A DNA stretch of 64,000 nucleotides from assembly GCF_037042905.1 (NCBI RefSeq), contig NC_087251.1, forward strand, positions 28,398,001 through 28,462,000, read 5' to 3'. This document shows, piece after piece, positions 13,971-25,572 of this stretch (positions within the stretch are counted from its first letter, which is position 1; each line of letters opens with the position of its first letter). The position numbers and the translations under genes were made by a program. Source of the DNA: Lytechinus pictus. Lineage: Eukaryota. A model generated the notes under the pieces. The model was not told the origin of the DNA and searched no databases. It worked only from the letters and a program-made list of their open reading frames with translations.

Positions 13971-15747
13971 GTAAGTTATATTCAAATTTCATGACAAGAA
14001 ATGATGGCAAATTTGGTAATGATATTATAATAATAGTGATGATAAGGATGATAATAATTATGTTGATGGTAATTAATGATGATGATGATTATGATGTGGT
14101 TGTGATGAAGATGGAAAGGCAAAGTTTTCATTGAAATCTGTAGTTGATCAGAGTTTTTAGGGAAGATTGTTACATAATTTTGGTGCCAATTTTCATTTTC
14201 ATTTTTAACTTCATACAAGCTCTCTCAATAAGTGTCTTTGACTTCACAGCATCACATCAAAATTGTGTCGCAGAATCACACAAATCAAATCTCTCCCTCA
14301 AATAAGTGCACTGTTCGCACAATTCATTTTGCATGTCAATTTTGTCCAAAGTTAATTACAAAGCCCACATGTCAGTATTTGAGTCATTTATGCAAATTGC
14401 ATCCATTTGTGTTTGATGTGAAAATGGTATCAATCTATTTTACATAACTATTTCCCACTATGAATGATTTAAAACATTTAAAATCATTGTTTTAAATAGA
14501 TCTCACAACATCACCTTGGGCTGAAAAGTTATTCTATGAGAAAATTATTTACCATGTTTTTTTTTAATGAATACAAACAAATCTTTGTCAACTGGAGTTT
14601 GTTAATCTTCGGAATCATGCAAGATTATTTTCACAATTTAAAATAGAATTAACATTCAATTGTAACAATTCATTTTTTGTACACATTTTATAAAATTTTG
14701 AGAGCTGGAAATTGGCTAGTGTACATGGATTAAATTAAAAGAATGATATCAGTCACAATATTGTATTTTATGAGGAAGTTTAGGTAAAAAATGTATCAGA
14801 AAGAGCCTATATGATAAAACTGCTTTATAATGATTAAAAACAGATCTTTATTATGAAATGTTTTATTTTCTTACATGAGTGATACATGTAAATGCGAATA
14901 TGTTGTTTAAAGCAATATGTTATGGCATTCACTTGTATTTACATGTACCTGTATATATATACATTTCTTTTGAAAATTATCAAATTTTCTTTTGGAAATT
15001 TGGACAATCTGGGATATTGAAATTCATTTGGTTTTAGAAATAAATCAACAGCAATTTGTGACAAGTCTTATTACTCATGATAGCATCAGCTGACTGATGC
15101 CCTTAGGGCCTGCAATTATGATATTAACCCGGATTTAGAAAAGTGATTGAGAACAGAAGTGCTGTCTGATTTGCAATGAAGTGAGAATTTGTAATACCCT
15201 ACTACTTTAATGCCTGGCGTGCTGATGGGGGTCATAAACATTGATTTATGACTATTCATAACATACATTCATCTTTTTTATGTATTGGGAGCTGACATTT
15301 AAGGGGTGTACTTGTGCAATATTACTTTGCATTTGTAATATTATTTTACCAGGGAAAATTCTGATTCTGATAAATGATGTAAAACAAATTATTAATTTTT
15401 TGTTATATAAAAGTGATAAAACCCAATTTCAAGAATGACAATTCATGAATAATTCTTCAATAGTTAAATACATTTTTAATGAAAACGTGAAATGCATAAT
15501 CTACCAGTGCAGAAATTCATTGTCTGGTTTTAAAAACGATAATTAAGAATATAGTTCTAATCATATGCTGTCTTAAAGAGAAATTCTGTCAATTTGGATG
15601 AAGTATGATTGTGCCCCTAATACATGTTCATGTTTGGTAAATTTCCACAAAGAGTGTATTGAGGACTTCACTGCTATGATACTGTACATGTATTTGAGAT
15701 TTAGCTATATATTTTTAGGAAGCTGAATCTCTAAAGACTAGTTCTGT

Positions 15748-15925
15748 GGTCACACGACATTTGCTCCTGCGACAATTGCTCCAGGCTTTATTTCGTCTAA
15801 GATATAGGGTTAGGGTAAGGGTTGCAATAGGGTTTTATTTTAGGTTTAGGATAGGGTACAATGTTAAATCCAGGGTTGAAGTTGGTGAAACCATTAGTTT
15901 TCGCCGGAGCAATTGTCATGGAACC
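15748..15925. mobile_element. Short non-autonomous element with degenerate TAGGGT telomere-like core
   Basis: GACAATTGCTCC near 5' end inverted with GGAGCAATTGTC near 3' end; core TAGGGTTAGGGTAAGGGTT...TAGGGT. Confidence 0.6.
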
Positions 15926-16020
15926 AGTTCTACCTGCACCCCCAGTCCCCACTCCTACTCGTTACTTGGCTCTATGCTTCACACACCTCTAATCCCATAC
16001 ATTGTTGTGCTCCTATACAG

Positions 16021-16104
16021 CCTTATGAAAGAGGACGTCACATGAGAAGAGTGCATTGGATGTCAAATGTGAACACAGCTCTCAAGTTTCTTCAGGATAA
16101 AAAG
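16021..16104 (+). CDS. SYNE1: Exon, CH1
   Basis: acag|..|gtaaac; PYERGRHMRRVHWMSNVNTALKFLQDKK. Confidence 0.95.
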
Positions 16105-16537
16105 GTAAACACTGTAGGCCTACTTACTTTAGTATGATTGTGATTTGAGTATAACCAATCACTACCAAACCTGATTGATTGCTTGTTATGGTCATGATGA
16201 GAAGGCAACACTTGAACAGGGAAAGGTGTACAAGTTAAACAGTTTCACTGCGCTGGAATTTCATTTTTTAATAAATTTTTCTTTCTTTCCTGATGGCATT
16301 TTTTGCCACCCACAATTTAAAACACCTGATTCATAATAAAAGGATAGATTTGTTACTAGTGTTTCATGCTGGTAATAACAAGAAATAACAAATGAATTTA
16401 ATGAAATTCAATGGCAATAAGACATTAGAGTATTTATAAATGGTAGATGATATAATATATAATAAAAAATAAGTTTATCATTATCAAAATGTTTCCTTCG
16501 TCTCCACATCATATTTTTCTCTTCTACATTATTTCAG

Positions 16538-16630
16538 ATCAAGCTTGTGAACATCAATGCTGGTGATATTGTAGATGGACGTCCACCGATTTGTCTTGGT
16601 CTTATCTGGACCATTATTCTCTACTTTCAG
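16538..16630 (+). CDS. SYNE1: Exon, CH1 end
   Basis: ttcag|..|gtagat; [31 protein letters not shown]. Confidence 0.95.
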
Positions 16631-16871
16631 GTAGATTCTCAACCTATCATCTATTACCATTTCCTATGAAAACTAAAAATAAAGATTAGATATTCATCCT
16701 CCTCATTTAGCCAGTTTTGAAAATAAACTGAAAATGATTTGCATCATGTAGTAGTAACCCTTTTACATTTTGGTGGCAGCGGTGGGATTAAAAAATATTA
16801 ATTTCATTTATCCCGTCAGTGATCATTCTTGTTTTACAAAAGAAATTCACTGAGTAGTATTACAGCTTTAA

Positions 16872-17475
16872 AGGTCAAGTCTATCCCAGCAAAATGTTGA
16901 TTTGAATAAATAGAGAAAAATCAAATTAGCATTACACTGAAAATTTCATCAAAATCGGATGTAAAATAAGAAAGTTATGGCATTTTTAAAGTTTCGCTTA
17001 TTTTTCACAAAAAAGTGATATGCACAACTCAGTGACATGCAAATTAGTCAGTTGATGATGTCCATCACTCACTATTTCTTTTGCTTTTTATTGTTTGAAT
17101 TACACAATATTTCATTTTTTACAGATTTGATTATAGGGACCGACTTGACTGAATCATATAGTATTAAACAATGCTAATTCCACATGTCCAGGGAGGAATT
17201 AATCACTGTTTCACTTGACAATGAGGAGAAAATTAGAATATTTCATATTTCATATAATAAAATACAAAAGAAATAGTGAGTGGATGACGTCATCACTCTC
17301 CTCATTTGCATACCAACCAGGATGTGCATATAAATATTTTGAGAAAGTAAGCGAAACTTTAAAATGTCATAACTTTCTTATTTTACATCCGATTTTGATG
17401 AAATTTTCAGTGTTATGCTTGTTGGATTTTTATCTTTTTATTCAAATCAATTTTATGTTGTGGTAGACTTGTCCT
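16872..17475. mobile_element. MITE with long (~130 bp) TIRs and TTAA TSD (Kolobok-like termini)
   Basis: TTAA|AGGTCAAGTCTA...TAGACTTGTCCT|TTAA; inverted block AAAATTTCATCAAAATCGGATGTAAAATAAGAAAGTTATG / CATAACTTTCTTATTTTACATCCGATTTTGATGAAATTTT. Confidence 0.88.
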
Positions 17476-17756
17476 TTAATAACCATATGTACACAATATA
17501 CCAGTACATATACATATCATATAAACTTATGCATGCCATCAAAATAATTGGTGTCTTATTATGGGCCTACATGGAGAAACATATGCTTCTGTACCCTGAG
17601 GTAAATTGTGAGAATTCTCGGTCCGATTATACTGTTGATGTTATAGAGTCTTATCAGTCTGGCTGTACCCAGGGTAGCTGTCTTCTGAAGATTGCATAAA
17701 ACCTTGATATTATTATCATTGTTATCATGATGAACGGGTTAACTCTTGCAATATAT

Positions 17757-18004
17757 GGAGTATTGTGGCCAAGTGAATTAGTCTCCAGACTTTGGTTCAA
17801 ATCCCAACCATGGAATAATTTCCGTCAGCAAGATATTGATCCACATTATGCTGCACTCAACCCAGTTGAGGCAAATGGGTACCTGGTAGGAAATTATTCC
17901 TTGAAATGTGTGTGCCCTGTAAATAATTACGGCTGCCAAGTCCTTTGGAAGTGAAATATGATATGCACTATACAAGAAATATTCATTATTGTTATTATTA
18001 TTAT
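17757..18004 (+). mobile_element. tRNA-derived SINE, degenerate copy
   Basis: A-box-like TGGCCAAGTG, B-box GGTTCAAATCC, body CCACATTATGCTGCACTCAACCCAG..AAATGGGTACC shared in reverse complement with 21958-22217; (TTA)n tail. Confidence 0.7.
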
Positions 18005-18023
18005 GTATCATCTTGCTTCGTAG

Positions 18024-18241
18024 ATTGAAGCCAATTCAAGTATGATGGATGCCCTTGCTGAGTATGATTCAAGCAGTGTTGGTAGCTCAGCAGCCTCCAG
18101 TCCAGCAACGTCCAGACGAGGGTCTGATTCGACCGAACCTCCTCCTATGAAGAAGGCTTTCAGGGCGGCATCCAAACTGAAACAGAAGGTTACTGCCAAG
18201 AAAGCACTCCTCAATTGGGCTAAGAAGGCTTCTAAAGCTCT
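18024..18241 (+). CDS. SYNE1: Exon, Ser-rich CH1-CH2 linker and CH2 start
   Basis: cgtag|..|gtaagt; IEANSSMM...AKKALLNWAKKASKA; phase 0 to 2. Confidence 0.93.
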
Positions 18242-18323
18242 GTAAGTTTTATAGTGATGTCCAAATAATGATGGCAAAGTTACGTAGCAAGGATCCTTAA
18301 CCAAGTCTGTATAACATATTTAA

Positions 18324-18811
18324 TCCTTTGAACCCTGAAAGAATTGGGATGATTGTGACCCTTAGCCTAGATTATTTGCAGATATGAAGATTATCGGCAA
18401 AATTAAGGAATACATGACGCTTGAAATAAATGATCTCCTCTTCTCATGATTCGAGCCCAGCCATGTCAGCGGCACCTTTTTCCGCTGGTACCCGGCCTGA
18501 CTTGACTGATGTTGTTTAGCTTCCCGTACTAATGATAATCTAAAATTTTCTCTCAAAATCACTGCTTTGACGGAAGTAAAATTCAACAATACCTTACGCA
18601 TAGTCCGTATACGACTCACCGTGTGTTATCGCACGAGCCTCCTTGGTAGGGTAGTAGCCTATATTTTGGTCATTTTTTATGCTAAAACCGAAGTTTATCG
18701 ACTGAATATCTCTAAAATGATGTCATTTTTACACTGCACTTGATATCTTAAACCTTTGCGTTTGAATCACATGACTTGAAGCCGGTATTCTGGCTTTTCA
18801 GCGTCAAAGGG
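18324..18811. mobile_element. piggyBac-like non-autonomous element
   Basis: TTAA|TCCTTTGAACCCTGAAA ... TTTTCAGCGTCAAAGGG|TTAA; imperfect TIRs, CpG-rich interior. Confidence 0.55.
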
Positions 18812-21382
18812 TTAAGTGGCTTTTGGGGTGTTGCAAGAAAATAATGGCAATCAGATCCCAATTCTGTTAGAAATTTACAATTGATAGATCAATTATACCA
18901 ATTTTAACTGCAGCAAATTAATTTGAACCTTTTTGAAAATAAGATACAGACCAGCAATTGAGTGCAAATTTTAATTACCTATAAAACTTAAATAAGACAA
19001 ATTGAAAATTGCTTTTCTTTTCATGTTATAATGATCACAAGTATGTATAACCTTTATACAGATTTTTGTTGTACCACATCAAATATATTACAAATAAATT
19101 GATTCAAAAAAATATTATGTGGTTTCAATTGGTGACTTCTGCATATTAGAGATTAAAATAAAAGACTATAAGCAGTAGAGCAATTGTTACAGGGAGTATA
19201 CAGTATTCCATATAAACATTTCTGACATCTTCATTTTTTCAAGTCATGCATAATTCACTGTCTAGTAACAGCTGCAGTGGAAGTGTCAAATAGGAAGTAC
19301 TTCTATCCATCTCATTGAGTGATTTCCTGAATTGTTTCCTGAAAGTCTATTGATATCAAAGATGCAGTTCTCGCTTCTTGGAAATTATGACTTATTTTAG
19401 TTGTCAATATATTTACCAAGCCTTTTCAAGGTTTCTGATGAATTCAGAGGATAGAGATTTTGTAATGTAGATAGAAAAATCTATTTTTTTTCTTTTGTTT
19501 TTTAAGTTTTCATTTTAATATGATGAGAATTAAGTATATTTCTTATTAAATCACCATGGAATAATGCTTATAAATTAAAATATGTGTAGCAAGATAATTT
19601 ACTGGGGATAATCACTGTAATATTTGATCTCGGAATATGTCAAAGCATATATGGTTGTAAATAGCAATGAAATAGATCCCACTTGAATATGATTATGTTT
19701 CCATACTATGTGAACATACATGACCGGGAATGCACAGTACATGATTTAAGGGGATTAGTTCACAAAGAAGACCAAAATAGAAATCATTTCATGCAATTCT
19801 GCTCACAGCATGCGCATCATTGCATGGATAACTGGGCCCTTTGACACGAAGACGTGCAATGTGTTAGACATTTGAAACAACAAGTGTGATTGGTTGATTT
19901 TCAGTCATTTGAACAAAATACTCATGCAACAGTGATCTTGATTGGTCATTCGAGGTTGGGCTATTGTTCATTTCTTTCATGTTACAGAGTCCTGATTATA
20001 ATGCTGTTCATGTTCCATTCCAACATGCCCATGTGCAAGCAAAGGGAAGAATGCACTTGGCTATGTGCCAGGCAGATCGAGTATGCGGCCATATGTGTTT
20101 GCTTATAAACGGAGGATAATGTTGCCGTATATTCTGCACACTTTACTTTCAGACAAAGGGAAACGTGTTTGAATGTCTTTTTCATGGAGCGGTATAAATA
20201 AATACTCCACCTCTCATTGTAAATATTCGGTTTGATCTTTGTTGACCTGGCATCATCCTTATTCATTGAGGAAAGAAGAGCCAACACGCTACTTCTATAT
20301 GTCTCTTTTCCACCTACCTCCTCAAAATATTATCTCTCTTGTGTTTTTCACCCCAAGCTTCTCTTACTCATGCTGCCTCCATGAATAATTTGGCAGTTTC
20401 AATCATGTATGATATCCATTCTCCTATTTCAACTATTTGCTTTACTTCAATCTCTCACCTCTTAGTATTATTTCTTTTCTTTATCTCTCTCTCATCTTTC
20501 TTAGTGTCATATACTGATCTCAGTCTTTCTTTTCTCCATTCCACTTATCACTTCTATCCTAAGGACTCTTGGCTCCCCGTTCCTACCCACTCTTTTCTCC
20601 ATTGATTTTTCACTTCTCTTCATCTGGATCCCTCTCATACTTCTGCCCATCCCTACCCATGCTTTCCTCATCATCCATTCCCATACATGTACTTCTTCTT
20701 TGTCTTTGTTTCTCTCTTCTCCCTCTCTCTGAGTATGTTTTCCTGTTTTCTTCATGTGATATTTACTTGAGGGACATAAAGCTCTAGAGATTACAAGCAG
20801 TAGACCCCCTGCATGTGTCTGTTGTTCTAGATCAACTATTATATGTGTGTCCTAGAATGAGTCCCTATAACCTTTATACACTGTCACATTCAGCATCATA
20901 GTTTATGATTTGTAGTCTCAACGTTTCAGACCTTTATGCAGAAAATTAAACTATTACCTTTTTCAAACGAAAATTCAATGCAAAAGAGATGTTGAACTGT
21001 TATATTAAAAAATATATAAAAGGAATAGGATTAGGTGAAGTTACACTTCTTACAAATGCTTCGTGTCATTTAGAGGTAAAGTGAGATGCTTGAAATATTT
21101 TTCCTCGTTCCCTACATCCCTTTCATTAAAATTCAAAATGGAATCATGTAGGTAAGAACCTGTTATTGAACATGAATTTAATTTCCATTTTGAGATCACC
21201 CTCAAGAAAACTGTTCTTATTTATCTCTCCTCACAGAGGCCTCTACAAAATAATGGTATATAGATTATTTTTCTCTAAAGGAATAAAAGATGGATGTAAT
21301 GATAATCAGGTCTTGATTTGGAAATAAAACAGCCCCCTCCAACAAGCTTCATTCCAATCTCTTCAAATAATAATTGTTACAA

Positions 21383-21458
21383 ACGCCATGGCTGGGATTC
21401 GAACCCATGACCCTCTGTTTCAAAGTCCAGAGACTAATCCTCTGGACCACAACCCTCC
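21383..21458 (-). mobile_element. tRNA-derived SINE head only
   Basis: Near-identical to 22141-22217; B-box GGTTCGAATCCC on the minus strand. Confidence 0.7.
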
Positions 21459-21515
21459 TAGAATCAATAAGAAAAGTAACCCAATACTTTATCCCCAATT
21501 TCTCAACCCATCTAG

Positions 21516-21724
21516 ATCAGTACCTGGTGGCCCAACTGTGGAGATCAAAGATTTTGGACCTAGTTGGAGAGATGGTAATGCCTTCAACATGCTGATTCAG
21601 AACATCCAGCACGGTCTGATCGACCTGCAGTCTCTTGGTGGTCAGACCAACTTGGAAAGGTTGGAACAAGCCTTTAATCTAGCAGAAGAGAGGCTGGGAA
21701 TTGCTAAACTCCTGGATCCAAATG
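21516..21724 (+). CDS. SYNE1: Exon, CH2
   Basis: tctag|..|gtgggt; SVPGGPTVEIKDFGPSWRDGNAF...LGIAKLLDPN; phase 2 to 1. Confidence 0.93.
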
Positions 21725-21957
21725 GTGGGTAGAGACAGAGATCATGAATTACATTGGGGTGCACACGTGATTGTAGTAAATGGGTAGCCTGTCTGGTAGG
21801 AAATTTTTTTCCTTGAAATCCTTTGGTGCTGGGATAGCAGCAAGGGAAAAATTAATCTGCACTTTGAGCACACTGAAAAGTAGTGACAAGCACTTACACG
21901 CTGCATTATTATTTCTATTAATAATAATAATAATAATACCAATATGCTTATACATGT

Positions 21958-22217
21958 ATAGCGCATATCACTGCCAAATGTGTCCCTATGCGCTCAATTG
22001 GATAATATTACCCTGGCTTTAGCCCCGCAGCCTTTTACAGCACGGTGGAATTTCAAGGAATAAATTCCTGCCAGGTACCCATTTACCTTACCTGTGTTGA
22101 GTGCAGCACAATGTGGATAAATTTCTTGCCGAAGGAAATTACGCCATGGCTGAGATTTGAACCCACGACCCTCTGTTTCAAAGTCCAGAGACTAATCCAC
22201 TGGGCCACAACGCTCCA
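21958..22217 (-). mobile_element. tRNA-derived SINE, near full length
   Basis: Minus strand TGGAGCGTTGTGGCCCAGTGGATTAG..GGGTTCAAATCTCAGCCATGG (A and B boxes), then body; (ATT)n-like tail nearby. Confidence 0.8.
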
Positions 22218-22624
22218 CAATTAATAGTACAATTGTCTGCCATTTTAGACTGTCAACTATTTGCTATTGAATTCTTGGCAATTACAATGATTTTTTTCTT
22301 CAATATTATTATTAATCTTCTTATTTGTATTCTTAAGTTCACTATACTCAGTGAGTCAACTGCAACTGCAAAGTACAAGTGTTATGCAGCAGGCTTCATT
22401 TTTCATCTCTGTGTCGGTTCACTTTGTGATATATACCTTTCACATATTTAGAAAAGAGAAAAATAATTTGAATGAATATATTAGCAACCACAGATGTCTG
22501 ATGTTTTTTTTTTTTTAGATTGATGCTCCAGAAAGAGATGATAATTAGTGTGTATTTGCTAGGAACTCATTGATAAATTGAGAATGACACTTAATTTATT
22601 CATCATTACTTTTTACTTCTCCAG

Positions 22625-22716
22625 ATGTTGATGTTGACAAGCCGGATGAGAAGTCAATCATGACTTACGTCTCTCAATTCTTCACTGCTTATCCTGATAC
22701 AGGGTCCTCTGCAAAG
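22625..22716 (+). CDS. SYNE1: Exon, CH2 end
   Basis: ccag|..|gtaaat; DVDVDKPDEKSIMTYVSQFFTAYPDTGSSAK. Confidence 0.95.
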
Positions 22717-22749
22717 GTAAATACCTTAAATGAAGAAAGAAATGCCTCT

Positions 22750-23061
22750 TTTACTCGGGGCTCAAAGCGCTTTACAGCATATTATTACCCCGGTCATTGG
22801 ATTCATTTCAATCCTGCACAAAAAGTGCACAATTTCCACTCCCTTGGGAGCATTCCTTGCATTCATCGCAGCCTCATTATGGCACTGGCAAATTCAAACA
22901 TACAATATCTTTAGCATCCTGCCGGGTACCTATTTAGCACCTGGGTCGAGAGTGGCAAAGTGTGGATTAACGCCTTGCCAAAGGACGCTAGACCGTGGTG
23001 GGATTCGAACACACGACCCACTGTTTACAAGGCGAGAGTCAGAACCACTACACCACGGCTC
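22750..23061 (-). mobile_element. tRNA-derived SINE, second subfamily
   Basis: Minus strand GAGCCGTGGTGTAGTGGTTC..GTTCGAATCCCACC, body ACCCAGGTGCTAAATAGGTACCCGGCAGG, 3' TAAAGCGCTTTGAG. Confidence 0.8.
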
Positions 23062-23121
23062 TTTTATAAAAAAAAATTCATATATATATATATATATATA
23101 AGCTTTAATGATTTGGAATAG

Positions 23122-24301
23122 TTTTTTGTCTCGCCTGCATAGCAGAGCGAGACTATAGGCGCCGCTTTTCCGACGGCGGCGACGTCAACATCAAATCTTA
23201 ACCTAAGATTAAGTTTTTTAAATGACATCATAACTTAGAAAGTATATGGACCTAGTTCATGAAACTTGGATATAAAGTTAATCAAGTATTACTGAATATC
23301 CTGCCTGAGTTTCAGGTCACATGACCAAGGTCAAAGGTCATTTAGGGTCAATGAACTTAGACTATGTTGGGATAATTATTTTCAAAATCTTAACCGAAGG
23401 TTAAGTTTTTGAAATGGCATCATAACTTAAAAAGTATATGGACCTAGTTCATGAAACTTGGCCATATGGTTAATCAAGTATTACTAAATATTCTGCTTGA
23501 GTTTCAGGTCACATGACCAAGGTCAAAGGTCATTTAGGGTCAATGAACTTTGGCCAAGTTGGGGTATTTTTTGAATTACCATCATAACTTTGAAAATTTA
23601 TGGATCTAGTTCATGAAACTTGGACATTAGATTAATCAAGTACCACTGAATATCCTGTGCGAGTTTCAGGTCACATGACCATGGTCAATGGTCATTTAAG
23701 GTCAATGAACTTTGGCCTTGTTGGGAGTATTTGTTAAATTACCATCCTAACTCTGAAAGTTTATGGATCTAGCTCATAAAACTTGAACATAAGAGTAATC
23801 AAGTATCACTGAACATCCTGTACGAGTTTCAGGTCATATGACCATGGTCAAAGGTCAGTTAAGGTCAATGAACTTTGGCCGAATTGGGGGTATTTGTTGA
23901 ATTACCATCCTAACTCTGAAAGTTTATGGATCTAGTTCATAAAATTTGGGATATAAGAGTAATCAAGTATCACTGAACATCCCCTGTGAGTTTCAGGTCA
24001 CAAAACGAAGGTCAAAGGTCAGTTAAGGTCAATAAACTTTGGCCATATTGGGGTATTTGTTGAATTTCCATCATAACTTTGAAAGTTTATAGATAGAGTG
24101 AATGAAATGTGGACATGGGTGTAGTTGACAAGTCTTTATATAAGTCACCGTTCAAATGTCATTCATGGTCAATGAACTTGGTATTATGTCATATGAATGG
24201 TGTTTTTGTGAATGATTATTTTGTAGTAGTTTTCAAAGTTAGCACTGCTGCTATATTAAATCGCGTAATGCAGGCGAGACTGCCAGAGGCGTTCCACTTG
24301 T
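23122..24301 (+). mobile_element. Helentron-associated (HINE/DINE-1/pearl-like) non-autonomous element carrying a tandem array
   Basis: T-run start; perfect 13-bp subterminal inverted repeat GTCTCGCCTGCAT (23128) / ATGCAGGCGAGAC (24268); 5' hairpin with GCGAGAC; short 3' stem-loop GCC-AGA-GGC; no TSD seen. Confidence 0.7.
23226..24120 (+). repeat. Tandem array, ~163-bp unit, about 5.3 copies (first unit 192 bp)
   Basis: CATC(A/C)TAACT motif recurs at 23226, 23418, 23580, 23743, 23906, 24069. Confidence 0.92.
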
Positions 24302-24463
24302 CTATTTTAATAAATGACAATTTTATTGCCAAAAAATAGTATTTTAACTTGATTGATTCAGTGTACTATTGTTAAGTGAATTAAACCAATTAGGTATACA
24401 CTAGTATATTTCTTTTTGTGTAAACTTGTATTCTTATTTTGTTTTCATTACAATATTTTGCAG

Positions 24464-24595
24464 AAAAAAGAAACAGAGGAAGATGGTGATGAAGAGAAGG
24501 CTGTTTGTAAACAACTCAACGACTGTCTGAGTGTAGAGGAAGCTGTATTAGCAACAAAACAACCTGCTACATCAACATCATTGTCAGAATATCAG
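24464..24595 (+). CDS. SYNE1: Exon, post-ABD region
   Basis: tgcag|..|gtaaat; KKETEEDG...LSEYQ; 132 nt. Confidence 0.85.
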
Positions 24596-24915
24596 GTAAA
24601 TTTTATGTATTTACCAACAACAAATGTATGCATAATTGCTTCAGACTTACAGTCTTTAGCTTTTAATAGGAAGATCCAGCCTGAAATCGAAATGAATTGA
24701 ATACCTGGAATATTATTAAGACAAGAATGACATTGAAGATTTTACTAAAATCAATGAAAATAACAATTGCTTCATTCTGAATTTTTAATGTTATTTTGTC
24801 GAAACAGTTGGATGCATGTCGTCATGAATATGCAATTATTTTTAGCTGATGTTATTTTCCTTAAATTCCAGATGGCCAGCAGGATGCGTTCTAGAATCTA
24901 CATTTCCCCCTCCTG

Positions 24916-25044
24916 GGGCCCGTAACACAAAGCTTAGCAATGATCGTAGAACATTTTTCTACGATTGATTCCATTAACTACAATGTACAATCAATCATGA
25001 AAATCAAGCGTAAGATTAACTGCTAACCTTTGTGTTACGGGACC
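24916..25044. mobile_element. Short PIF/Harbinger-like MITE
   Basis: TIR GGGCCCGTAACACAAAGCTTAGCA / TGCTAACCTTTGTGTTACGGGACC; CTG on both flanks. Confidence 0.8.
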
Positions 25045-25257
25045 CTGATTGGGCAACAAGTTTTATATTGTACTCTCCTGTTATTAGAATGTCTTGAGAG
25101 TGTTTACTTTTTTCCTTGCTTCTCAAAAAATTCTACAAAAATCCTTGGTCCCTGCATGTTTCAAACTTACGATCGATGCAGTTCCCCAATCATACACAAA
25201 TAGAACTTTAATACATTGGTCAACATATCCCCCATCCACTTTGTTTGATTTGTACAG

Positions 25258-25572
25258 AGATTTGTTGAGTTTGAGAAGGAACATAAGAAGAGCAATCAGA
25301 TGATGATGAAGCTAATCGACAAGAAGAGGAAGAAAGTCTTTGTTATGATGACCACCGAGGAGTGCGACGTCTTGATCGAGAGATGGACGAAGGTGGCGGG
25401 AGACTACGAAGAATGGAGGAAGAGGCTGGAGAACGACATGCCTGGAGAACTGGGTCGGCTTGGAGCCTGGTTGAATAGAGCAGAGGAGTTGTTAAAGAAG
25501 AGAGAGGTGGAGCCGCTGGAGTCACAGGATGCTACCTGGAGCCAGATGAAGAGGAGACTTGAGGAGCACAAG
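25258..25572 (+). CDS. SYNE1: Exon, spectrin-repeat rod
   Basis: acag|..|gtaaaa; RFVEFEK...LGAWLNRAEELL...LEEHK; 315 nt. Confidence 0.92.

Noticed and set aside
20080..20220. Possible internal promoter (TATAAATA at ~20193)
   Set aside because: Such motifs are common in AT-rich DNA and I found no downstream first exon or donor.
22141..22217. Possible tRNA genes (also 21383-21458 and 22990-23061)
   Set aside because: A and B boxes are present, but the heads continue into shared SINE bodies and I could not form a clean cloverleaf; treated as SINE heads.
22519..22550. Strong poly-T AG acceptor suggesting an alternative exon
   Set aside because: In the required phase it reads (G)AT TGA, an immediate stop, and there is no good donor.
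12195..22716. Alternative identities: dystrophin, spectraplakin or beta-spectrin
   Set aside because: WTIILYFQ, the long Ser-rich CH linker, the KYRLL..AE.KL..W..KYG segment, no recognisable plakin/SH3 domain and a rod longer than 3,000 aa all favour nesprin-1. The confirming KASH domain lies outside the window.
23226..24120. Possible CRISPR array
   Set aside because: Whole 163-bp units are similar end to end with no unique spacers, the context is a eukaryotic intron, and there are no cas genes.
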